DNA of 59,464 bases, filler included. It is 8 parts of 8 records of this genome, joined end to end, with 100 filler letters (N's around TTAATTAATTAA, not from the genome) between each part and the next. Parts side by side here need not be neighbours in the genome. Positions count along the whole stretch, not along the records: positions 1 to 7,209 come from SRR31147125_41742; positions 7,310 to 12,749 come from SRR31147125_41744; 6 more parts are not named here. One strand, given 5' to 3'. Made by a program: the position numbers and the translations under genes. A model generated the notes under the pieces. The model made no database searches. It was not told the origin of the DNA and saw only the letters and a program-made list of their open reading frames with translations. Shown in pieces: positions 1-9,920 of the stretch (position 1 is the stretch's first letter; each line of letters begins with the position of its first letter).

Positions 1-295
1 AAAAGTACGGCTGCTGCAACAGAATACCACTGATATAATTTCCTGGTGACGGTTTGCTTTTTATTTTCTTCAGTTTTATGGATGGTACGGTATATCCTAT
101 CGAGCATATAATCCAGATTATAATCTTCATCAGGATTATTAATTACATACGTGTTAAATTCTTTCTTTATTTGCTTTTTAAATTCAATATTGTGTTCATT
201 TTCGGCAAAAAGGGAATAAATATATTTTCCTCTTCCTTGCCAACTTCCCCTTCAACAAATCGCTTTAACCTTTCTATACCTGTTTGATCCATCAT
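1..295 (-). CDS. FecR-family anti-sigma factor, N-terminal part (3' truncated by window edge; 1-nt frameshift near 225-228)
   Basis: Manual translation of the minus strand gives MMDQTGIERLKRFVEGEVGKEEE, then after adding one A: KYIYSLFAENEHN...TRKLYQWYSVAAAVL, ending in a TM-like segment typical of Bacteroidota FecR proteins. It lies directly downstream of an ECF sigma factor and is absent from the ORF track. Confidence 0.7.
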
Positions 296-300
296 ACTTT

Positions 301-338
301 TAAAATAAAACCCTCCAATTTAAATCAGGAGGGTTTTT
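301..338 (-). terminator. Hairpin (AAAACCCTCC / GGAGGGTTTT) between ECF sigma and fecR
   Basis: 10-bp inverted repeat at 307-316 and 328-337 with A/T tracts on both sides. Confidence 0.5.
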
Positions 339-497
339 AACTACTAACTACTAACAAGATACTTTCTATTTAGAATCTTATTTCAATCCTCCTTAACTAT
401 ACTATCCATAAAGAAGCTAAATCTCATAAAAAAAAATTGATTTTTTTTGCAACAAACAAAACAACAGCCTAATAATCAAAAATTTAAAAATGTATTT

Positions 498-1088
498 TTA
501 TTGAATAAACAATGCTAAAAACAATAGTACAGCAAAGTTTTCCTCAGCAATATTACTTTTAAGGAATTTAATGGCTGCTGATATATAATTATCAACGGTT
601 CCAGGGGAGAGGTTCATTTCTTCTGCAATTTCACGGGTGCTTTTTCCTTCATTCCGGCTTTTAATAAATATCTCTTTTTGTTTTTGTGGCAGTTTGTTGA
701 TTAATTTATTTAACCTCTCAAGCGTAGCTTTATATTGAAATTGTTCTTCCGGATCTATTTCTGTATCTGAATTATTAATTGTTTCATCAAGAAATTTTAA
801 ATGAATATGCCTCTTACGAAAAACACGGCACATATTGTGGTATGTAATGGTAAAAAGATACGATTTTAATGATGATTCTTTTTTAAGTTTTTTTCGGTTT
901 TCCCAGACTTTCAAAAATACATCCTGAACAACACCTTCTGTATCTTCTTTTGATTTTAAATATTTTAGTGCAAAGCCAAATAACTTGTTACTATATTTTT
1001 CAAATATTTTATCGTAAGCAGTTAAATCGCCTTTTTGAAGTTCTTCAATAAGTTCGCGATCCGATTTATCAGTAGTAGTAGTCGACAT
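498..1088 (-). CDS. ECF RNA polymerase sigma-70 factor (Bacteroidota PUL-type)
   Basis: Region 2 (EDTEGVVQDVFLKVWENR, SLKSYLFTI) and region 4 (LPQKQKEIF...STREIAEEMNLSPGTVDNYIS). Hydrophobic C-terminal tail typical of Bacteroidota ECFs; ATG at 1088 preferred. Confidence 0.92.
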   Translation of the reverse strand: MSTTTTDKSDRELIEELQKGDLTAYDKIFEKYSNKLFGFALKYLKSKEDTEGVVQDVFLKVWENRKKLKKESSLKSYLFTITYHNMCRVFRKRHIHLKFLDETINNSDTEIDPEEQFQYKATLERLNKLINKLPQKQKEIFIKSRNEGKSTREIAEEMNLSPGTVDNYISAAIKFLKSNIAEENFAVLLFLALFIQ

Positions 1089-1285
1089 TAACAACTTAAA
1101 TTATAATGCGAATATAAAAAACAAATAATTTACAACCATAAGACAACATACTTAGTCGTTCTTAAAAATGCCAATCAAACTTAACTTGTTAAAATTCCAC
1201 TATCATCAGTCAATTTATTGATTGAAAATTTTGTTATGTTTCATTTCTTTTACAGCTTGATAAAAATTTAATAAAATCTCCGGTA

Positions 1286-2299
1286 ATGAAATTATTTATT
1301 ATTCCTGCTCTCTCATTATTCGTTATTTTTAATAGTTGTACACAAAAACCAATCGAATTCTCTAAAGTGAAATCCGGTTTTATTTATAACGAAGCTCCGT
1401 TCCCACAATGCCATGCATCAACACTTGTTGAAACGGAAGAAGGAATCCTGGCATCATGGTTTGGTGGCACCCATGAACGGCACGATGATGTTTGTATCTA
1501 CACGTCGCATCTTAACGATGGCACCTGGAGCACACCTAAATTAGTTGCCGATGGCGTTGTTAACGACACATTGCGCTACCCATGCTGGAACCCTGTTTTA
1601 TTCAAAAAAGATAATGGCGAAATAGTTTTATATTATAAAGTTGGCCCTACACCCAGGGACTGGTGGGGGCTGTACAAAACCTCGAAGGACGAAGGGACAA
1701 CCTGGACCGATGCTGTTGAAATACCAGACAGCCTTTTAGGCCCCATTAAAAACAAAGCTGAAAGTTTATCTGATGGAACCATCCTTTACCCAACCAGTAT
1801 TGAATTAACTCCGGACAATTGGAAAATATATGTTGAAAAAACCGACCAACAACTTGAAGGTTGGCGAAAAATTGAAATCGACAATAATGGATTTAACCCG
1901 ATACAACCCTCCATTCTTTTTCATAAAGATGGAAAAATACAAATGCTTTGCAGAAGCAGGGAGGGAAAAATTGTTGAGACTTGGTCTAGTGACAATGGTG
2001 AAACATGGTCACCGGTTGAAGCAACAAACTTAATCAATAACAATTCAGGGATTGATGCTGTTACATTAAAAAATAACCAGCATTTATTGGTTTGCAACCC
2101 CATTGAAAAAGGCCGAAATAAATTATCGTTGCTCCTATCCAATGATGGTAAAAACTGGGAAGAAATTATGGTTTTAGAAGATGAACCCGAAGGTGAATTC
2201 AGTTACCCTGCAATTATTCAGGCAGAAAATGGTGATGTGCATATTACGTATACCTATAACAGGGTTAAGGTAAAATATGTGCATGTTGAAATTAAATGA
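1286..2299 (+). CDS. BNR/Asp-box sialidase-like (BNR_2) lipoprotein
   Basis: Lipoprotein-like signal (FNSC), Asp-boxes SKDEGTTW, SSDNGETW and SNDGKNW, and motifs CHASTL, PCWNPVLF, GPIKNK, FSYP. Confidence 0.8.
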   Translation: MKLFIIPALSLFVIFNSCTQKPIEFSKVKSGFIYNEAPFPQCHASTLVETEEGILASWFGGTHERHDDVCIYTSHLNDGTWSTPKLVADGVVNDTLRYPCWNPVLFKKDNGEIVLYYKVGPTPRDWWGLYKTSKDEGTTWTDAVEIPDSLLGPIKNKAESLSDGTILYPTSIELTPDNWKIYVEKTDQQLEGWRKIEIDNNGFNPIQPSILFHKDGKIQMLCRSREGKIVETWSSDNGETWSPVEATNLINNNSGIDAVTLKNNQHLLVCNPIEKGRNKLSLLLSNDGKNWEEIMVLEDEPEGEFSYPAIIQAENGDVHITYTYNRVKVKYVHVEIK

Positions 2300-2367
2300 T
2301 TAGAATGATTTTATAAAAACAAGAACTCTGACAGATCTCACGACACTGTCAGAATATATCAATACCT

Positions 2368-2417
2368 TGATTGTCAACCCCTCCAAAGTTCAAAGAACCT
2401 GACAGGGTTGACAATCA
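2368..2417. repeat. Extragenic palindromic (REP-like) element between convergent genes
   Basis: 13-bp inverted repeat TGATTGTCAACCC / GGGTTGACAATCA enclosing AACCTGACAGG; a second CTGACAG/CTGTCAG pair lies at about 2328-2352. Confidence 0.5.
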
Positions 2418-2462
2418 GATGACTTTTTAGAAGCCACAAACTTTACTTATTTTTAAAACATA

Positions 2463-5400
2463 TTAATCCGAACTTTTAACAAATCTCACGGACTTGTTGA
2501 ATTGAGATGAGACCAATTCGACAAAATAAACACCGGGAAGAAAGTCATCCGTAGATATTTTAATATTTTGGATTTTATCAAAAGAGACCATCTTTAAACG
2601 TGACCCATTTGTTGAATGCACAATGGCCGTAACATCATTAACCTGGTATGGAAATGAAATATTTAACTCATTGTTAACCGGATTTGGATTTATCTGAATA
2701 TCGTCCCACGAAATTGTATTTATACCACTAACAGCTTCTTTAATTCGAACAATTCCCGATGAACTAAAATCAGTTGTATCCCAAGCTAAATCAGCACGTG
2801 GTATTTCAGGAATTATTTCCTCAATTTCCCCGGAAATGGAACTTGCAATAAATATTTTTATAGAATCTCCTTGCTCATATCCCTCAAAATCAAGTTTATC
2901 CATGAGTAATTTACCATTAAAGATAAGATTGCCTGTAATCTCCAATTGATCGTTAACATTACTTCTTTTATTTACTTCAACAGTTAATGAACTGCCAGAC
3001 TTAAAATTAATATCCGACTCAAATATTAATTTACCTGTTCCAATAATACCGGGATTTATATTTCCACCAGAATTTATGTTTGTGGTGCCGCCAATTATCC
3101 CGGTTCCAGCTAATAATGCGCCATCATTTACATCAACAGACCCTGTACCGGTTGCACTTCCTTGAGAATTTAAGACCATTAGCGTGCCACTGGAAACCGT
3201 TGTTCCTCCTGCATATATATTATCGCCGCTAAGATATAAAGTACCTGTTCCAGCTTTTGTAAGTGAATTCCCGTGTATGGTACCTTCAAAGTTACAATCG
3301 GTATTGTTATACCCAATAATCCAATTTTCATCGAACAAGGCAGATGATGTACTTCCTGTAATTGCACCAATCTTTACGTTGGAAGGTGCTGTGTCCCCAC
3401 TGCCGGAACCCGTGCCTCCATGGTAAATACCAATGTTGTCGCCCAGGTTTATTGTTGCCCATGGATATCCGTAAGAATTGGCAATCCTGAAACGCGTGTC
3501 GGGTAAACCGGTAATATTTAATGTGCCTTGAAATGAAGACCAATCTCCGAAAAATATTGTCCTATCAATATCTCCGGTCAGGTTTACATTAAAAGTGCCA
3601 TTTCCGGTTAACGTTCCGGTATAATTGCACCTGTCGTCTGTATTTAATGTTCCAATAGAATTTTCACCAACTACAAAATTATTGTTGAAGTCTGTATATC
3701 CTCCACTGCTCATGGTTAGTGTTCCATTCACAAATGTTATTGTACCCGAGTTTAAACCACCAGCGTTTGCTGTTTCGTTGCCCAATAGGATTTGCCCCTC
3801 AGCCAATATCGTATTTCCGTTAAACGTATTTGCTTGTTTTAACGTAACAGTTCCCGCTCCTGACTTTACAAAATCTCCATTTCCAGAAACAATACCATTA
3901 AGGATTAATGTTACATTTTCATCTTGAATTGAAATTGTATCTGAGTTGCCATTCAACGTAATCCCTTTATTTGTAATTGCTAATTTATTGCCCTTATAAA
4001 CAAGTTTTGCATTTTCAAGGACTAACGCTGAAGGATCTTCCGATTCGTTTGCCCCGATTGAGCTATTATATCCTGCATCAGCTAAATGATTAACTTCCAA
4101 CGCCCCTCCGCTGATTATAGTTTTTCCTGTGTAACTATTATTTGTTAATAACGATAAAACCCCATTGCCAGTTTTTATTAGAGAACCTGTTCCTCCAATA
4201 TTACCGGTACCTGTGAATGAATAATTTGTATTGGATGCATTGACATAAAAATTACTAACCGGAAAACTCCCAACAACATCAATTGTATTATTTTCTTTTC
4301 CGATTGAATTAAACGTAACCGTATCGTTTGCAACAAAAGTAACCGTGCTATCATTAAGTAGCCATCCAGGTGTGGTTTGAAGATCCCACAAATTTGATCC
4401 GCCACTCCAGATTATGTGTCCATTCTCCCTTTTTTCTTCGATTATAAGAAAGATGGTATTGCTTGAGTCCTTAATTTCATATTTTTCACCAAATAACCCA
4501 AACACATTAAGTTTATTCAGATCTCCGGATAATGAACCGGAATATCGAATTAATGGGAAAACACCATCAAATTTCTTTCCTGCCAGCATGTTGATATTTA
4601 ACTTTAATGAATCATCAATAGATACATTTCCATTTACAATAATATTATCTATCATTTCTTCGGGATCGCCATTATTTCCAGCAAAATCATAATTTAAACT
4701 CATGCCATCAGCCAATTGCAAATCACCAGCAAATGTCAGGACTCCAATATCACCCTTATTCCCGGGTGAAATAACAGCGCCATTCATAAAATATACGGAA
4801 TCCTGGATTACCCCACTACCACCTAATGAAGCTCCTGAATAAACTTCTAAAATACCGGGATGCATAGTATCATTAACATACAATGCCCCTTCTTCAATGG
4901 TAGTTACCCCAAGATTTATAAGATTACAATCCAGGATTAAATCCCCGTTCCCGGCTTTAATTATGTTATCATTAACTGTAATCGTATTGTTGCCTTGAAA
5001 ATAATAGTTTACAGGCGATATTACTTTTATTGTTGATGTCTGGATACCTTCATCAAGATTGATTAATGTATCAGGGCTGCCTGAAATATCAAAAAGTACA
5101 TCATCGCCTTGCCGAAAAATACCGGGTTGTCCGTCAATAATCCAGTTTGATGTTGTTTCAATATCCCAATTTTTATTTTCTCCATTACTGCTCCAGACAC
5201 ATTTTGCAGTCTGTATGGGTGGCGTGGGCGGATCTATCATTCCTGCACCCAAATAATAATCCAGGGTATGCGATTGCATATAACCTTTAATTGTCATGCT
5301 ATTTCTATAGGCTGGATTATGTGGTAATGTATATATTTTGTGGCTTGATGGGATATCAGTTGTAAATATGATAAGTTTGGAGTATTCACTGTTGGTAAAA

Positions 5401-7034
5401 ACAGCCTCTTCTCTCCAATCCCCAAAAATATCAGCATAAAACAAAGGCACACTGCGGCTGCTACTTATGGCTGAATGATAATGCCACGCTGTAAGTAACC
5501 GGCTTACATTCCCGTCTTTGTATTTTTCAAATTTGCCATCATTCAAGTTTTCACTGAGCAAATCATCGTCCCACCAAATGCGGAGATTGGGGTATGGGTA
5601 TTCAGCAGATATTTTTTTATTTGAAGGACCATTATATAATCCTGCGAATTCCCAAACTTCATATCCCGGATAATCTGGATCCAGATCTCCCATAGAACCA
5701 CGGCCAACATCTCCTATGCTGCCATCGCTGGTAACATGTTTCCACAGCACTTCTCCGGTACCTGCATCATAATAATAATCGAGTATGGAGTTGTATTGCT
5801 GTATTCCATATCCTTGCAATCCCGGCCTGTTTGGATCAAACTTACCAACAAACCACCTATCTCCATGGCCAATACCATATTTGCTTAAATCGTATTTTAA
5901 TTGTCCGTCTTCACCATTTAAAACAAAACCAATCTGACCCACATCATCTTTACCGTCGCCATCAACATCTACAATTCGCATTTGATGGCCATCGCTCCCG
6001 CTTCCATAACTTTCACCAAATAACATATTTGTTTTCCATTTCAATGTTATGCTATCGCCATCAAAATCCCAGGCACATGCCAACCTGTTAAAAGATCTAT
6101 CGGGATTTCTGTTTTTCATAAATGTTACGAGGCTTGGTGTTACACCATTTAAATAACCAATTCCCATGCTACACGCCATTGGCCCTGCAGAAATATAATT
6201 ATTAGGAATTTCGGCACGATTTATCTCGGCACCTGTTAATCCGTTTACAACTGACACAAATTGGACGTCGTCGTTACTGTGAGTGAGGATACCAGCATCA
6301 CCAAACTGCACACCATTGGCTGTGCGAATCATAACTTCAGCTTTTCCATCTGAATCCATATCATAAACAGTTACACCATCCCAATGCCCAACATCAATGG
6401 TTGATGAACCCGGGGAAATATTATCCATATTTAAGCTATTGGCTCCCATATCGATCGTCCAAAGGTATGTACCATCACTCAAATAGGCTTCAATTTTACA
6501 TCCATCACCTAACCTGTCAACAATATAATCGTATTCCCCATCGCCATCAAGATCCCCAACCCAAACAAAATGGATCAAGTCCCCACTCTTTAAGGGTACA
6601 ACAATACAAGGTTCGATGGATGTATTTGCTTTTAGTGTAAATAATGCACTTGAATCTTTTTCAACACCTTCTACAACAGTTTTTATGTAATAAGAATTAT
6701 CAACAGATGCGTTTAGTGAATTATCTTCAAAGTTAGTTCCATTAATCAACATACTTTCATTAAGTTTTTCCCCACTCCCATCGCCAGATATTTTATATAT
6801 ATTAAAGTTTGTATTCCTTTCATCGGTGCCTAACAAACGCCAGCTTATGAAGGCACTGTTGGTTCCTGTGCGCACAGCAACAACACCACGACCCAGGTTT
6901 TCCATTTTTCTTTGCCCATAAGTTGGTTTGAATTCAAAACTTATTAACACAAAAACACTTATTACGATTTTACATAACAGATTAAGAATTAATCTTTTTC
7001 GCATAAATTTTAAGAAAGATGATTTAGTCAACAT
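2463..7034 (-). CDS. PL11-type (YesW/YesX-like) rhamnogalacturonan lyase + autotransporter-associated beta-strand (PATR) repeats + T9SS type A C-terminal domain
   Basis: RKMENLGRGVVAV...FISWRLLGTD, GDLDGDGEYD, HGDR, ADIFGDWREE and YTLPHNPAYR (PL11); repeats such as SLIKTGNGVLSLLTNNSYTGKTIISGGAL; C-terminal INPNPVNNELNI...LPGVYFV...VRFVK. The start may be ATG 7004. Confidence 0.85.
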   Translation of the reverse strand: MLTKSSFLKFMRKRLILNLLCKIVISVFVLISFEFKPTYGQRKMENLGRGVVAVRTGTNSAFISWRLLGTDERNTNFNIYKISGDGSGEKLNESMLINGTNFEDNSLNASVDNSYYIKTVVEGVEKDSSALFTLKANTSIEPCIVVPLKSGDLIHFVWVGDLDGDGEYDYIVDRLGDGCKIEAYLSDGTYLWTIDMGANSLNMDNISPGSSTIDVGHWDGVTVYDMDSDGKAEVMIRTANGVQFGDAGILTHSNDDVQFVSVVNGLTGAEINRAEIPNNYISAGPMACSMGIGYLNGVTPSLVTFMKNRNPDRSFNRLACAWDFDGDSITLKWKTNMLFGESYGSGSDGHQMRIVDVDGDGKDDVGQIGFVLNGEDGQLKYDLSKYGIGHGDRWFVGKFDPNRPGLQGYGIQQYNSILDYYYDAGTGEVLWKHVTSDGSIGDVGRGSMGDLDPDYPGYEVWEFAGLYNGPSNKKISAEYPYPNLRIWWDDDLLSENLNDGKFEKYKDGNVSRLLTAWHYHSAISSSRSVPLFYADIFGDWREEAVFTNSEYSKLIIFTTDIPSSHKIYTLPHNPAYRNSMTIKGYMQSHTLDYYLGAGMIDPPTPPIQTAKCVWSSNGENKNWDIETTSNWIIDGQPGIFRQGDDVLFDISGSPDTLINLDEGIQTSTIKVISPVNYYFQGNNTITVNDNIIKAGNGDLILDCNLINLGVTTIEEGALYVNDTMHPGILEVYSGASLGGSGVIQDSVYFMNGAVISPGNKGDIGVLTFAGDLQLADGMSLNYDFAGNNGDPEEMIDNIIVNGNVSIDDSLKLNINMLAGKKFDGVFPLIRYSGSLSGDLNKLNVFGLFGEKYEIKDSSNTIFLIIEEKRENGHIIWSGGSNLWDLQTTPGWLLNDSTVTFVANDTVTFNSIGKENNTIDVVGSFPVSNFYVNASNTNYSFTGTGNIGGTGSLIKTGNGVLSLLTNNSYTGKTIISGGALEVNHLADAGYNSSIGANESEDPSALVLENAKLVYKGNKLAITNKGITLNGNSDTISIQDENVTLILNGIVSGNGDFVKSGAGTVTLKQANTFNGNTILAEGQILLGNETANAGGLNSGTITFVNGTLTMSSGGYTDFNNNFVVGENSIGTLNTDDRCNYTGTLTGNGTFNVNLTGDIDRTIFFGDWSSFQGTLNITGLPDTRFRIANSYGYPWATINLGDNIGIYHGGTGSGSGDTAPSNVKIGAITGSTSSALFDENWIIGYNNTDCNFEGTIHGNSLTKAGTGTLYLSGDNIYAGGTTVSSGTLMVLNSQGSATGTGSVDVNDGALLAGTGIIGGTTNINSGGNINPGIIGTGKLIFESDINFKSGSSLTVEVNKRSNVNDQLEITGNLIFNGKLLMDKLDFEGYEQGDSIKIFIASSISGEIEEIIPEIPRADLAWDTTDFSSSGIVRIKEAVSGINTISWDDIQINPNPVNNELNISFPYQVNDVTAIVHSTNGSRLKMVSFDKIQNIKISTDDFLPGVYFVELVSSQFNKSVRFVKSSD

Positions 7035-7209
7035 ACTTTTATTCTAGTTAGCATTTAATAATAAACTATTGAAAATTAAAATAACACAACCATGTGTGCA
7101 TACATACCTTGCGAAAATAGAAGTTTAATACCCTGTCCTGATATCAATATTTCACTGTTCCATATCAATTTTTGAAATAACCTAAAATCCGCAAGTCTCA
7201 AACTATTTT

Positions 7210-7309
7210 NNNNNNNNNNNNNNNNNNNNNNNNNNNNNNNNNNNNNNNNNNNNTTAATTAATTAANNNNNNNNNNNNNNNNNNNNNNNNNNNNNNNNNNN
7301 NNNNNNNNN
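7210..7309. other. Artificial contig-joining linker (44N-TTAATTAATTAA-44N)
   Basis: Identical 100-bp structure occurs seven times; the 12-mer has stops in all six frames. Confidence 0.97.
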
Positions 7310-7348
7310 TTTTGTCAATGGCCTGCAAGTCGACCAACGGAAAGTGTG

Positions 7349-9175
7349 ATGAGCATCATTGAAACCAAGCTAAAAATATTACCGAACAAGCCCGGTGTCT
7401 ATTTATACCACGATCAAAGCGGTACAATTATCTATGTTGGTAAAGCAAAATCACTTAAAAACCGTGTGCGCTCATATTTTTCCGGTAAAGCCGCAGACCC
7501 AAAAACACAGGTACTGGTTTCAAAGATCGCTGACATGGAATGGATCATTACGGATTCTGAAGTTGAAGCTCTTTTACTTGAAAACAATCTCATCAAGGAA
7601 CATGCTCCTCGATACAATGTTATGCTCAAGGATGATAAATCATATCCCTATATTTGTATCAGCAATGAAGCATTTCCACGCGTATTTAAAACAAGAAATG
7701 TTGTTCGGGATGGTTCGCGTTATTACGGCCCCTATACTCAGGCTTCACATGTAAATTCATTGTTAAAATCAATTTACAAGATCTTTACCATCCGGACCTG
7801 TCGCAAAAAGATCAAGGACGGTGGGAACCCCGGAGACGAACCCTGTCTGCAATATCATCTTGGGAATTGCAAAGCACCTTGTATTGGAGGAATTGCTCAA
7901 AAAGATTACAGTGAGATCATCGATGAGATCATTCGCTTCCTTAATGGTAATACCCGACCGGTTATTCAACGTCTGACGAAAGAGATGGAAATTGCTTCAG
8001 AAAATATGGAATTTGAGAATGCAGCCAAAATCCGGGACCGATTGCAAGTTCTTCGCAAATACACAAACAATCAGTCCATTGTACAAACCGATTTTAAAAG
8101 CCGTGATGTGATCGCATTGGCCGTAGCTGAGCACGATGCCATTGTAACTGTTTTTCGCCTTCGGGAGGGTTCGCTCATCGGTCGTGAACGTTTCCATCTG
8201 AAGCATGTAGAACATCAATCCAGACAGGACATCCTGAAAGATTTTCTAAGACGCTATTATTCCAATACCACCCTGTTCCCAAAAGAAGTATTCCTGGAAC
8301 TAGAAGATGATATCGAACTGTTTGAAGCCTATCTAAAAAAGATCTCCGAACAAGTGATCAAGATCGTTCAACCTGAGCGTGGCAAAAAAGCGAAGTTGTT
8401 TACTCTGGCTAAAAAAAATGCCGACATGCTTTTAAAAGATGTACTGCTTCAAAAAATGAAGCTTTCTACCCAACCCACCAAAATGGTGGAAGCACTTCAG
8501 CAGGCACTGAACCTTTCTGTGCCACCATTACGTATTGAAGGCTTTGATATATCACATTTCCAGGGCAAGCAAACGGTTGCCTCTATGGTTTATTTCGAAA
8601 ACGGAGCAGCTAAGCGAAGTGCTTATAGAAAATTCAATGTGCGCTCAGTGGAAGGTAAGCCGGATGACTTCCAAAGTATGCGCGAAGTCGTGGAGCGACG
8701 CTATAAGCGCCTTCTCGAGGAGAAAGCTGTTCTACCGGACCTGATCCTGATCGATGGTGGAAAAGGGCAACTTAACGTAGCCAAGGAAGTATTAAATGAA
8801 CTTGGACTGAACAAGGTACCCATCATTGGCTTAGCCAAGCGCCTGGAAGAGGTTTTCATTCCGGGTTACTCTCAAGCACAAAATATTCCCAAGACCTCAC
8901 CAGCGGTTATTTTGCTTCGCCGCATACGTGACGAGGCTCATCGCTTTGCCATTACCTTCCATCGTAGCAAACGAGGAAAGTCTATGGTGAAAAGTATTCT
9001 TGACGATATCCCCGGTGTCGGTGAAACCCGACGCAAGAAATTATTGAGTACATTCGGATCGGTCAAAAAGATCGCCGAACATTCCGCGGAAGACATTGCC
9101 AAGCAAACCGGTATTCCACATAAGCTCGCACAACAGATCCTGGATGTCTTGAAAAAGGACGTAAATGAAAAATAG
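7349..9175 (+). CDS. uvrC: Excinuclease ABC subunit C
   Basis: GIY-YIG N-terminus (PGVYLY...IIYVGKAKSLKNRV), EALLLENNLIK, RIEGFDISH, PDLILIDGGKGQL, IRDEAHRFAI, and HhH IPGVGETR. Confidence 0.97.
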   Translation: MSIIETKLKILPNKPGVYLYHDQSGTIIYVGKAKSLKNRVRSYFSGKAADPKTQVLVSKIADMEWIITDSEVEALLLENNLIKEHAPRYNVMLKDDKSYPYICISNEAFPRVFKTRNVVRDGSRYYGPYTQASHVNSLLKSIYKIFTIRTCRKKIKDGGNPGDEPCLQYHLGNCKAPCIGGIAQKDYSEIIDEIIRFLNGNTRPVIQRLTKEMEIASENMEFENAAKIRDRLQVLRKYTNNQSIVQTDFKSRDVIALAVAEHDAIVTVFRLREGSLIGRERFHLKHVEHQSRQDILKDFLRRYYSNTTLFPKEVFLELEDDIELFEAYLKKISEQVIKIVQPERGKKAKLFTLAKKNADMLLKDVLLQKMKLSTQPTKMVEALQQALNLSVPPLRIEGFDISHFQGKQTVASMVYFENGAAKRSAYRKFNVRSVEGKPDDFQSMREVVERRYKRLLEEKAVLPDLILIDGGKGQLNVAKEVLNELGLNKVPIIGLAKRLEEVFIPGYSQAQNIPKTSPAVILLRRIRDEAHRFAITFHRSKRGKSMVKSILDDIPGVGETRRKKLLSTFGSVKKIAEHSAEDIAKQTGIPHKLAQQILDVLKKDVNEK

Positions 9176-9866
9176 CGTTTACCTACTCAAAACTTCCGAT
9201 CGTGAAATTTCCATTGATATGCAATTTAGCTGGCGTAAAAGACTAACACTAACCGTCTATCCGGACAAAAAAATCATTGCCCGTATTCCTTACGGTTTTC
9301 CAAAACGAAAGATTGAAGACTATTTCAAAAAGAAAACGCGCTGGATGCTTAAACACCTTGATCATTTTGAACAGCACCCACCTGAATCCGATAAAAATTA
9401 TACCGAAGGTGAAATTCATAAATATCTTGGGAAAGAATACTTACTTAAACTGGAACAAGGTTCGAGTAAGGTTTGGCGGTCAGAAGGCTATTTGATCTTG
9501 CGGACTAAAGATAGCAACGACGCCGAAATTAAAAAGAAAGTTCTGGATAGCTGGTACCGTAAAGAAGCTGTCCGCTTTCTGACACCACTTTATTCCCAAT
9601 GGATGGAAAAGCTCCAATATTTAAAATTACCTCTAACATCCCTGCGTTTTTACAAAATGAAACGCCGATGGGGATCCTGCTCCACCAAAGGTATTATCAC
9701 GCTAAATAGCGAATTGATCAAAAAAGATCCATCGTTGATCGACTATGTTATTGTTCATGAGATCTGCCATTTAAAAATTCCGGCTCACAATAAAGAATTC
9801 TATACTTTAGTCGAATCGATCATACCGGATTGGAAAAATAAAAGAAGAACATTGAATAATTCTTGA
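9165..9866 (+). CDS. YgjP/DUF45-like (M48/SprT-type) zinc-dependent hydrolase
   Basis: MKRRWGSCS, IDYVIVHEICHL and H..FY motifs; overlaps the uvrC stop. Confidence 0.85.
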   Translation: MKNSVYLLKTSDREISIDMQFSWRKRLTLTVYPDKKIIARIPYGFPKRKIEDYFKKKTRWMLKHLDHFEQHPPESDKNYTEGEIHKYLGKEYLLKLEQGSSKVWRSEGYLILRTKDSNDAEIKKKVLDSWYRKEAVRFLTPLYSQWMEKLQYLKLPLTSLRFYKMKRRWGSCSTKGIITLNSELIKKDPSLIDYVIVHEICHLKIPAHNKEFYTLVESIIPDWKNKRRTLNNS

Positions 9867-9920
9867 TTCTTGTTTTCATGATTATCATATATTAGATTTC
9901 ATCAAAACAAAAGGAATATA

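Noticed and set aside
7254-7265. Recurrent TTAATTAATTAA motif as a biological repeat or CRISPR-like array
   Set aside because: It is always embedded centrally in 88 Ns and has stops in all six frames, so it is an assembly linker.
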